From: Amphiscolops sp. MND2022
Lineage: Eukaryota
Length of the DNA stretch: 64,000 nt
Reading direction: 5' to 3'
Assembly: GCA_964187785.1 (NCBI GenBank)
Contig: OZ076409.1
Location: 71,240,001-71,304,000 of the forward strand
Position numbers and translations under genes: made by a program. Shown in pieces: positions 50,801 through 62,675 of this stretch. The number at the start of each line of letters is the position of its first letter. The stretch's first letter is position 1. The notes beneath the pieces are model-generated. The model saw nothing but the letters and a program-made list of their open reading frames with translations, searched no databases and was not told where the DNA came from.

Positions 50801-53800
50801 CGGTAGCAGCTAGGTGCGGGGGGGTAACCCCTACAAAGATATTGGAGGATTCGGGTAGGGTCCTGAATCCGATTTTAACTCTAATAGCTATCGATAGGAA
50901 ATCTTGCAAAAATTTCGGGATCTCGTGATCTAACCATAGGATTTTAAAGTTGGAGCGGCCCCCACCAGATTTTCCAAAGTTATTCGCCCCCCACCGGGTT
51001 CCAGCGTGATTGAAATATTTTGACGGGGTACACGGGCGACCGTTAGGGGTCATTTTGGGGGTAAAATTTATATCCGGTCGCATAACTTTTTTCCTGTTGG
51101 TTTAAAACTTTGGGACCCTGCTAAAAGTTTCTTGACCGTGTTGCAGTAGCTCCGGAGGTCCAAACCAAATTTTTCTATCTTGAAGCTATCTCCAAGTACC
51201 CCCCGCCCAAACCGTTATTTTTCCGGAAACGCAGGTTTTTGACCCGGAAGGAGTCGTCTGAGCGCGGGGTCGTTAGGTGATGTATTGGGGACGGCCTTGA
51301 GACGAAGCGGGGGACATGTAGTTTGCCGACCCCTGTTTACCCCCCGGACGGGAAATGACCGTTATTTGAGCGGGAAAAATGCCCCCCTCCACGTTTTACC
51401 GCTATTTCCGGTGTGAAGGAGTAGGCGTAGCGCGTCGGGTGTTATATAACAAAAGTAGGTTTAGACAAGGACCTATCGGAAACATGTAGTTTGGGACCCC
51501 CTGGACCAACCCGTTAGCGGGAAATGGGGCTTCCGCCTCCTTTTTTTACTGCTAAAACCGTAAAATGGGCATTGAGGTGTAAATATCTCGTGAACGCGTG
51601 GAGCTACGGTGTCCATCACTACTACAAGGTTTCATACCCATGATATGGTGCCTTCAGGGGGGCAAACAGATTTCCGCTATCTATCACCGTTACCGACTTG
51701 GCCCCCCAGCCTAACCGCTATGTGACCGGAAATGTCAATTTTTGAGCCCAAAGGGTCGGTCCCAGCCGGGGAACGTTAGGTAACTTATTGTAGTACTCAA
51801 TGAGACGAGTTGGGGGATATAGTTTCAGTCACCCCCCGTTACCCCTTGAGACCGGAAATGACCGTTATGTGGGTAAAATTGCAATTTTTATACTTTTTCA
51901 AGTGTATTTAGGTGCGGAAGGCGTGGTAATAGGTGCTTGGACACTATATGAGGTAAGGGAGGACGTGAGGCGAGCTTTCGGAATTAACCGTTATGCTGAC
52001 CCTAAAGTCCCCCTGGTACCGGAAGTGACCCGTAATGGTCAAATTTTGTGTTTAAAGGGTACAAATGTTTGGTGTTTTATGGATAACAGTGCCTATTAGG
52101 TGTTTCGACGGTCTGCAGTCGTGAACATAGTCATGAAACCTTGTGGGGGGTAACGGTTTATAGCACCGGAAGTCCAAACCGTTGGAGACAGGATAAGTTT
52201 TTTGGTTTTAAAATGTCTTTCGGCCTACTTTTGTCGACTATTATGGACTATTTTTGGAAAATAAAGTTTTTCCAAATAGTTTCAGAGACTCCGAAACCTC
52301 AACCAACATAACCGTTACCTTATGATAGCCTTTCAAGTTGGCCTGGTGTCAACTTGGAAGGGCTATCCTTCAAAAATCAATAATCAAGTGTGTTTTTGAG
52401 TATGTTTGTATTACTTTAGAATCAATTAGAGCTTCAAGAAAAGTTAGCCAACGATAAAACTATGTCGTGATGATTCCGTTATTAGAATAATAGTTAACAA
52501 AATATTAATAAAGTTGATTTTTTACACTTTAAATGTGTTCTAAATGCCAGAAAACTTCTTTACCAAACAAATGGAATTGATTGAATTGTATATAACAGCT
52601 AATAAAACTTCAAATTGAATATTAGGCTTCATTATGGAAGCTGAAATGTCATATTATAGTTTCATTAACGTCAACGCCACATACTTTACATCAACGCCCA
52701 CCGTCTGTGGGCATGCCGAGGCATGCCCTTCGACGACGTATACCAAATTCCTCCAACACAACACCCCCGAGCGCGTTAGCAGCTAGGTGCGGGGGGGTAA
52801 CCCCAACTTTTTTCTTGGAGGAATCGGGTAGGGTCCTGATTCCGAGTTCAGTGCCGCCAGCTATCGTTAAAAACCCATACCTTTTAAACCCGATCTCGGG
52901 AACTAACCACGCCCCTTCTTTAATTTTTTGGCCCCCACTCACTTTTTGAGAGTAGATCGCCCCCCATTGGGTTCGATGTTGGGCAAAAATGGAGGTCATG
53001 GGTAACGGGGACCGTTAAGGGGTAACTCAGGGGGTAAAATTTATTTTTTGCGTCATATCTTTTCCCCCCGTGGATTTAGCGCTTCCGGTCAGCAGACAAA
53101 ACCTCATGTACGTGATACGGGGCCTCCGTAGGTCCAAACAAAATTTTTCTATCATGCACCGTTACGGACTTGCCCCCCCGGCCCAACCGTTATTTTGCCG
53201 GAAATTGCACTTTTTGACCGGGAAGGAGTCGTCTGAGCACGGAGTCGTTTGGTAATGTTTTGTAGTGCATCTGGAGACGTGTTGGGGGACATGTAGTTTG
53301 CCGGCCCCAGTTTACCCCCCGGACGGGAAATGACCGTTATGTGAGTTTTAAAATTACCCCCCTTCAATTTTCCCCGTTATTTCCGGTGTGAAGGAGTGGG
53401 AGTAGCGCGTCGGGTGCCATATATCAAAAGTAGGTTTAGACAAGGACCAACCGGAAACATGTGGTTTGGGACCCCCTGACCCAACCCGTTAGCCGTTATA
53501 AGGGTGATCGCCTCCTTTTTTTACACTCAAAACCGGAAAACGGGTATTGAGGGGTAAATATCTCGTGAACGCGTGGAGCAATCGTGTCCATCACTACTAC
53601 AAGGTTTCATACCCATGATATGGTGCCTTCAGGGGGGCAAACAGATTACCGCTATCTATCACCGTTACGGACTTGGCCCCCCAGCCCAACCGCTATGTGA
53701 CCGGAAATGTCACTTTTTGAGCCCAAAGGGTCGGTCCCAGTCTGGGAACGTTAGGTAACTTATTGTAGTACTCATTGAGACGAGTTGGGGGACATAGTTT

Positions 53801-56800
53801 CAGTCACCCCCCGTTACCCCTTAGGACCGGAAATGACCGTTATGTGAGTGAAATTGCAATTTTTATACTTTTTGAAAGGCATTTAGGTGCAGAAGGAGTG
53901 GTAATAGGTGCTTGGACACTATATAATGATAGGGAGGACGTGAGGCGAGCATTCGAAAAAAACCGTTATGTTGACCCCAAAGTCCCCCAGGTACCGTAAA
54001 TGACCGGAAATGGTCAAATTTTGTGTTTAAAGGGTACAAATGTTTGGTGTTTTATGGATAACAGTACCTATTAGGTGTTTCGACGGTATGCAGTTGTGAA
54101 CATAGTCATGAAACCTTGTGGGGGGTAACGGTATATAGCACCGGAAGTCCAAAACGGTGGAGACAGGATAAGTTTTTTGGTTTTAAAACGTCTTTCGGCC
54201 TACTTTTGTCGACTATTATGGTCTATTTTTGAAAAATAAAATTTTTCCATATAGTTTCAGAGACTCCGAAACCTCAACCAACATAACCGTTACCTTATGA
54301 TAGCCTTTCAAGTTGGCCTGGTGTCAACTTGGAAGGGCTATCCTTCAAAAATCATTAATCAAGTGTGTTTTTGAGTATGTTTGTATTACTTTAGAATCAA
54401 TTAGAGCTTCAAGAAAAGTTTGCCAACGACAAAAACTATGTCGTGATGATTCCGTTATTGTTAACAAAGTTTTAAAAACGTTGATTTTTTACATTTCAAA
54501 TGTGTCCTAAATGCCAGAAAACCTCTTTACCAAACAAATGGTATTGATTGAATTGTATATAACAGCTAATAAAAGTTCAAACTGAATAATACGTTTCATT
54601 TTGGAAGCTGAAACGTCATTTTATAGTTTCATTAACGTCAACGCCACATACTTTACATCAACGCCCAACGTCCGTAGGCATGCCGAGGCATGCCTTTCGA
54701 CGACGTATACCAAATTCCTTTAACACAACACCCCCGAGCGCGGTAGCAGCTAGGTGCGGGGGGGAAACCCCATCCCTTATCTTGGAGGATTCGGGTAGGG
54801 TCCTGAATCCGAGTTCAGTGCCGCCAGCTCTCAGTAGAAATCTGGGAAATTTTTTGCGATCTCGTGATCTAACCATAGGATTTTAAAGTTGGAGCGGCCC
54901 CCACCAGATTTTCCAAAGTTATTCGCCCCCCACCGGGTTCCAGCGTGATTGAAATATTTTGACGGGGTACACGGGCGACCGTTAGGGGTCATTTTGGGGG
55001 TAAAATTTATATCCGGTCGCATAACTTTTTTTCTGTTGATTTAAAACTTTAGGACCCTGCTAAAAGTTTCTTGACCATGTTGCAGGGGCTCCGGAGGTCC
55101 AAACCAAATTTTTCTATCTTGAAGCTATCTCCAAGTACCCCCCCGCCCAAACCGTTATTTTTCCGGAAACGCAGGTTTTTGACCCGGAAGGAGTCGTCTG
55201 AGCGCGGGGTCGTTAGGTGATGTATTGGGGACGGCCTTGAGACGAAGCGGGGGATATATAGTTTGCCGACCCCAGTTTACCCCCCGGACGGGAAATGACC
55301 GTTATTTGAGCGGGAAAAATGCCCCCCTCCACGTTTTTCCGCTATTTCCGGTGTGAAGGAGTGGGAGTAGCGCGTCGGGTATAATATAACAAAAGTAGGT
55401 TTAGACAAGGACCTATCGGAAACATGTAGTTTGAGACCCCCTGGACCAACCCGTTAGCGGGAAATGGGGCTTCCGCTTCCTTTTTTTACTGCTAAAACCG
55501 TAAAATGGGCATTAAGGGGTAAATATCTCGTGAACGCGTGGAGCTACAGTGTCCATCACTACTACAAGGTTTCATACCCATGATATGGTGCCTTCAGGGG
55601 GGCAAACAGATTTCCGCTATCTATCACCGTTACCGACTTGGCCCCCCAGCCTAACCGCTATGTGACCGGAAATGTCACTTTTTGAGCCCAAAGGGTCGGT
55701 CCCAGCCGGGGAACGTTAGGTAACTTATTGTAGTACTCAATGAGACGAGTTGGGGGATATAGTTTCAGTCACCCCCCGTTACCCGTTGGGACCGGAAATG
55801 ACCGTTATGTGGGTAAAATTGCAATTTTTATACTTTTTCAAGTGTATTTAGGTGCGGAAGGAGTGGTAATAGGTGCTTGGACACTATATGAAGGAAGGGA
55901 GGACGTGAGGCGAGCATTCGAAAATAACCGTTATATTGACCCCGAAGTCCCCGTGATACCGGAAGTGACCCGTAATGGTCAAATTTTGTGTTTAAAAGTT
56001 ACAAATGTTTGGTGTTCAATGGATAACAGTACCTATTAGGTGTTTCGACGGTCTGCAGTCGTGAACATAGTCATGAAACCTTGTGGGGGGTAACGGTATA
56101 TAGCACCGGAAGTCCAAACCGTTGGAGACAGGATAAGTTTTTCGGTTTGAAAATGTCTTTCGGCCTACTTTTGTTGACTATTATGGACTATTTTTGAAAA
56201 ATAAATTTTTTCCAAATAGTTTCAGAGACTCCGAAACCTCAACCAACATAACCGTTACCTTATGATAGCCTTTCAAGTTGGCCTGGTGTCAACTTGGAAG
56301 GGCTATCCTTCAAAAGTCATTAATCAAGTTTGTTTTTGAGTATGTTTGTTTTACTTTAGAATCAATTAGAGCTTCAAGAAAATATTGCCAACGATAAAAA
56401 CTATGTCGTGATGATTCCGTTCTTAGAATAATAGTTAAAAAATTTTGATAAAGTTGATTTTTTTACATTTCAAATCTGTCCTAAATGCCAGAAAACCTGT
56501 TTACCAAACAAATGGTATTGATTGAAATGTATAAAACAGCTAATAAAAGTTCAAATTGAATTTTACGTTTCATTATGGAAGCTGAAACGTCATATTATAG
56601 ATTCATTACTGTCAACGCCACATACTTTACATCAACGCCCACCGTCCGTAGGCATGCCGAGGCATGCCTTTCGACGACGTATACCAAATTCCACCCACAC
56701 AACACCCCCGAGCGCGGTAGCAGCTAGGTGCGGGGGGGAAACCCCAACAAAATTTTTGGAGGATTCGGGTAGGGTCCTGAATCCGAGTTCAGTGCTGCCA

Positions 56801-59800
56801 GCTTTCGTTAAGAAAATTTGGATAGGATTCGGGATCTCGTGATCTAACCATAGGATTTTAAAGTTGGAGCGGCCCCCACCAGATTTTCCGAAAATTAGCG
56901 CCCCCCACCGGGTTCCATACCCCGGAAAATTTTTTTCTGGCCACACGGGCGACCGTTAGGGGGTCATTTTAGGGGTAAAATTCATATTGGGCCACATAAC
57001 TTTTTTTCTGTTGATTTAAAACTTTGGGACCCTGCTAAAAGTTTCTTGGCCGTGTTGCAGGGGCCCCGGAGGTCCAAACCAAATTTTTCTATCTTGAAGC
57101 TATCTCCAAGTACCCCCCCCCCCGCCCAAAACGTTATTTTTCCGGAAACGCAGGTTTTTGACCCGGAAGGAGTCGTCGGAGCGCGGGGTCGTTAGGTGAT
57201 GTATTGGGGACGGCCTTGAGACGAAGTGGGGGACATGCAGTTTGCCAACCCCAGTTTACCCCCCGGACGGGAAATGACCGTTATATGAGCGGGAAAAATG
57301 TCCCCCTCCACGTTTTACCGCTATTTCCGGTGTGAAGGAATGGGAGTAGCGCGTCGGGTGCCATATATCAAAAGTAGGTTTAGACAAGGATCTATCGGAA
57401 ACATGTGGTTTGGGACCCCCTAGACCAACCCGTTAGCAGGAAATGGGGCTTCCGGCCCGTTTTTTTACGGTTAAAAACGGAAAATGGGCATTGAGGGGTA
57501 AATATCTCGTGAACGCGTGGAGCTACGGTGTCCTTCACTACTTCAAGGTTTCATACCCATGATATGGTGCCTTCAGGGGGGCAAACAGATTTCCGCTATC
57601 TATCACCGTTACGGACTTGGCCCCCCAGCCTAACCGTTAAGTGACCGGAAATGTCATATTTTGAGCCCAAAGGGTCGGTCCCAGCCAGGGAACGTTAGGT
57701 AACTTATTGTAGTACTCATTGAGACGAGTTGGGGGACATAGTTTCAGTCACCCCCCGTTACCCCTTGGGACCGGAAATGACCGTTATGTGAGTAAATTTG
57801 CCATTTTTGTCCTATTTGAAGGGCATTTAGACGCGGAAGGAGTGGTAACAGGTGCTTGGACACTATATGAGGTAAGGGAGGACGTGAGGCGAGCATTCGG
57901 ACATAACCGTTATGTTGACCCTAAAGTCCCCCTGGTACCGTAAACGACCGGAAATGGTCAAATTTCGTATTTTTAGGGTACAAATGTTTGGTATTTTATG
58001 GAATAAAGTACATGGAAGGTGTTTCAAAGGCATCCAGAAATGAACATAGTCATGAAACCTTGAGGGGGGTAACGGTATATAACACCGGAAGTCCAAGCCG
58101 TTGGACACAGTATAGGTTTTTGGGTTTTAAAATGCTTATGAACGTACATTTGTGGGTTGAATTGTTCTAATATTGACTATTTTCGATATTTTTTGACATT
58201 AAAGGTTTTTCCAATAGTTTCAGGGACCTCCAAAGCTTCAATCAACATAACCTTTACATTATGATAGCCTTTCAAGTTGGCCTGGTGTCAACTTGGAAGG
58301 GCTATCCTTCACAAATCGTATATCAAGTGTGTTTTTGAGTAGGTTTTTATCACTTTAGTATCAAGTAGAGCTTAATCATTAGTTTGCCAACGACAAAAAC
58401 CATGTCGTGATGATTCCGTTAGTAGAAGAATAGTTAACAACTTGTTGACAAAGTTGATTTTTTTGCATTTAAAATGTTTCCTAAATGCCAGGAAAACGAT
58501 TTACGTTATAAATGGTACTGATTGACCCAAATAACAGTTAAAAAAAGTTAAACATTATTTTTTCGTTTCATTATAGAAGCTGAAACCTTACGTTTTAACT
58601 TAATTAACGTCAACGCCACATACTTTACATCAACGCCCACCGTCTGTGGGCATGCCGAGGCATGCCCTTCGACGACGTATACCAAAATCCAATATATCTA
58701 CACCCAATTGCGGTAGCAGCTAGGTGCGGGGGGGTAACCCCAACAAATATATTGGAGGATTCGGGTAGGGTCCTGAATCCGATTTTAACTCTAATAGCTA
58801 TCGATAGGAAATCTTGCAAAAATTTCGGGATCTCGTGATCTAACCATAGGATTTTAAAGTTGGAGCGGCCCCCACCAGATTTTCCGAAAATTAGCGCCCC
58901 CCACCGGGTTCCATACCCCGGAAAATTTTTTTCTGGCCACACGGGCGACCGTTAGGGGTCATTTTAGGGGTAAAATTTATATAATGTCGCATAACTTTTT
59001 TCCTGTTGGATTAAAACTTTAGGACCCTGCTAAAAGTTTCTTGACCATGTTGCAGGGGCCCCGGAGGTCCAAACCAAATTTTTCTATCTTGAAGCTATCT
59101 CCAAGTACCCCCCCGCCCAAACCGTTATTTTTCCGGAAACGCCGGTTTTTGACCCGGAAGGAGTCGTCTGAGCGCGGGATCGTTAGGTGATCTTTTGGGG
59201 ACGGTCTCGATACGAAGCGGGGGATATATAGTTTGCCGACCCCAGTTTACCCCCCGCACGGGAAATGACCGTTATATGAGCGGGAAAAATGCCCCCCTCC
59301 ACGTTTTACCGCTATTTCCGGTGTGAAGGAGTGGGAGTAGCGCGTCGGGTGTTATATAACAAAAGTAGGTTTAGACAAGGACCTATCGGAAACATGTAGT
59401 TTGGGACCCCCTGGTCCAACCCGTTAGCGGGAAATGGGGCTTCCGCCTCCTTTTTTTACTGCTAAAACCGTAAAATGGGCATTGAGGGGTAAATATCTCG
59501 TGAACGCGTGGAGCAATCGTGTCCATCACTACTACAAGGTTTCATACCCATGATATGGTGCCTTCAGAGGGCAAACAGATTTCCGCTATCTATCACCGTT
59601 ACCGACTTGGCCCCCCAGCCTAACCGCTATGTGACCGGAAATGTCACTTTTTGAGCCCAAAGGGTCGGTCCCAGCCGGGGAACGTTAGGTAACTTATTGT
59701 AGTACTCAATGAGACGAGTTGGGGGATATAGTTTCAGTCACCCCCGTTACCCCTTGGGACCGGAAATGACCGTTATGTGGGTAAAATTGCAATTTTTATA

Positions 59801-62675
59801 CTTTTTCAAGTGTATTTAGGTGCGGAAGGCGTGGTAATAGGTGCTTGGACACTATATGATGATAGGGAGGACGTGAGGCGAGCATTCAAAAATAACCGTT
59901 ATGTTGACCCCAAAGTCCCCCTGGTACCGTAAACGACCGGAAATGGTCAAATTTTGCGTTTTTAGGGTACAAATGATTAGAATTTTATGGAAAAAAGTAC
60001 CTGGTCGGTGTTTCAACGGCTTGCAGTAGTGAACATAGTCATGAAACCTTGTGGGGGGTAACGGTATATAGCACCGGAAGTCCAAACCGTTGGAGACAGG
60101 ATAGGTATTTTGGTTTTAAAATGCCTATAAGCGTACTTTTGTGGGTTGAATCGTTTCAATATCGACTAATTTGGATATTTTTTTGACATTGAAGGTTTTT
60201 TCAATAGTTTCAGGGACCTCCAATGCTTCAATCAATATAACCGTTACCTTATGATAGCCTTTCAAGTTGGCCTGGTGTCAACTTGGAAGGGCTATCCTTC
60301 GAAAATCGTAATTCAAGTGTGTTTTTGAGTACGTTTTTATTACTTTAATATCAATTAGAGCCTAATCATTAGTTTGCCAACGACAAAAACTATGACGTGA
60401 TGATACCGTTAGTAGAAGAATAGTTAACAATTTGTTTGATTTTTTTTGCATTTTAAATGTTTCCTAAATGCCAGGAAAACATTTTATCTAATGAATGGTA
60501 CTGGTTGAACCCAAGTATCATTTGAAAAAAAGTTAAACATTGTTTTTTCGTTTCATTATGGAAGCTGAAACCTCACGTTTTAGGTCACTTAACGTCAACG
60601 CCACATACTTTACATCAACGTCCGCCGTCTGTGGGCATGCCGAGGCATGCCCTTCGACGACGTATACCAATTACATATATATCTACACCCACCCGCGGTA
60701 GCAGCTAGGTGCGGGGGGGTAACCCCAACAAATATATTGGAGGATTCGGGTAGGGTCCTGAATCCGATTTTAACTCTAATAGCTATCGATAGGAAATCTT
60801 GCAAAAATTTCGGGATCTCGTGATCTAACCATAGGATTTTAAAGTTGGAGCGGCCCCCACCAGATTTTCCGAAAATTAGCGCCCCCCACCGGGTTCCAGC
60901 GTGATTGAAATATTTTGACGGGGTACACGGGCGACCGTTAGGGGTCGTTTTGGGGGTAAAATTTATATCCGGTCGCATAACTTTTTTTCTGTTGATTTAA
61001 AACTTTGGAACCCTGCTAAAAGTTTCTTGACCGTGTTGCAGGGGCCCCGAAGGTCCAAACCAAATTTTTCTATCTTGAAGCTATCTCCAAGTACCCCCCC
61101 GCTCAAACCGTTATTTTTCCGGAAACGCAGGTTTTTGACCCGGAAGGAGTCGTCTGAGCGCGGGGTCGTTAGGTGATGTATTGGGGACGGCCTTGAGACG
61201 AAGTGGGGGACAAGTAGTTTGCCAAACTCAATTTACCCCCCGGACGGGAAATGACCGTTATATGAGCGTGTAAAATGCCCCCCTCCACGTTTTACCGCTA
61301 TTTCCGGTGTGAAGGAGTGGGAGTAGCGCGTCGGGTGTTATATAACAAAAGTAGGTTTAGACAAGGACCTATCGGAAACATGTAGTTTGGGACCCCCTGG
61401 ACCAACCCGTTAGCGGGAAATGGGGCTTCCGCCTCCTTTTTTTAGTGCTAAAACCGTAAAATGGGCATTGAGGGGTAAATATCTCGTGAACGCGTGGAGC
61501 AATCGTGTCCATCACTACTACAAGGTTTCATACCCATGATATGGTGCCTTCAGGGGGGCAAACAGATTTCCGCTATCTATCACCGTTACCGACTTGGCCC
61601 CCCAGCCTAACCGCTATGTGACCGGAAATGTCACTTTTTGAGCCCAAAGGGTCGGTCCCAGCCGGGGAACGTCAGGTAACTTATTGTAGTACTCAATGAG
61701 ACGAGTTGGGGGATATAGTTTCAGTCACCCCCCGTTACACCTTGGGACCGGAAATGACCGTTATGTGGGTAAAATTGCAATTTTTATACTTTTTCAAGTG
61801 TATTTAGGTGCGGAAGGAGTGGTAATAGGTGCTTGGACACTATATGAGGTAAGGGAGGACGTGAGGCGAGCATTCAGAAATAACCGTTATGTTGACCCTA
61901 AAGTCCCCCTGGTACCGTAAACGACCGGAAATGGTCAAATTTTGTGTCTATTGGGTACAAATGTTTTGTATTTTGTAGATAAAAGTATCTATTAGGTGTT
62001 TCGACGGTCTACAGTAGTGAACATAGTCATGAAACCTTGTGGGGGGTAACGGTATATAGCACCGGAAGTCAAACCGTTGGAGACAGCTTAGGTTTTTTGG
62101 TTTTAAAATGTCTTTCGGCGTAATTTTTTCGACTCTTGTGGACTATTTTTAAAAATTAAAGTTTTTCCATATAGTTTCAGAGACTCCGAAACCTCAACCA
62201 ACATAACCGTTACCTTATGATAGCCTTTCAAGTTGGCCTGGTGTCAACTTGGAAGCGCTATCCTTCTGAAATCGTTAATCAAGAGTGTTTTTGGGTAGGT
62301 ATATATTGCATTAGTACCAATTAGAGCTTCATCAACAGTGTATCAACGACAAAAACTATGCCGTCATGATTCCGTTATTAGAATCATAGTGAGCAAATTG
62401 TTGAAAAAAATGGTTTTTTCCATACAAAATGTGTCCTAAATGCCAGGAAACCTATTTACCTAACAAATGGTATTAATTGGAATGTTTGTAACAGATTTAT
62501 AAAAGTTCAAATTGAATATTACATTTCATTATGGAAGCTGAAACGTCATATTTTAGTTTAATTAACGTCAACGCCACACACTTTACATCAACGCCCACCG
62601 TCTGTGGGCATGCCGAGGCATGCCCTTCGACGACGTATACCAAATACATACCCAAACGACGCCCGTACATTCCGG
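44848..62675 (+). repeat. Nine long-class units (1967-1996 bp), three with a divergent left arm (46822, 48816, 52782)
   Basis: Junction spacing. The divergent arm starts ...aaccccaacttttttcttggaggaatcggg. Confidence 0.95.
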
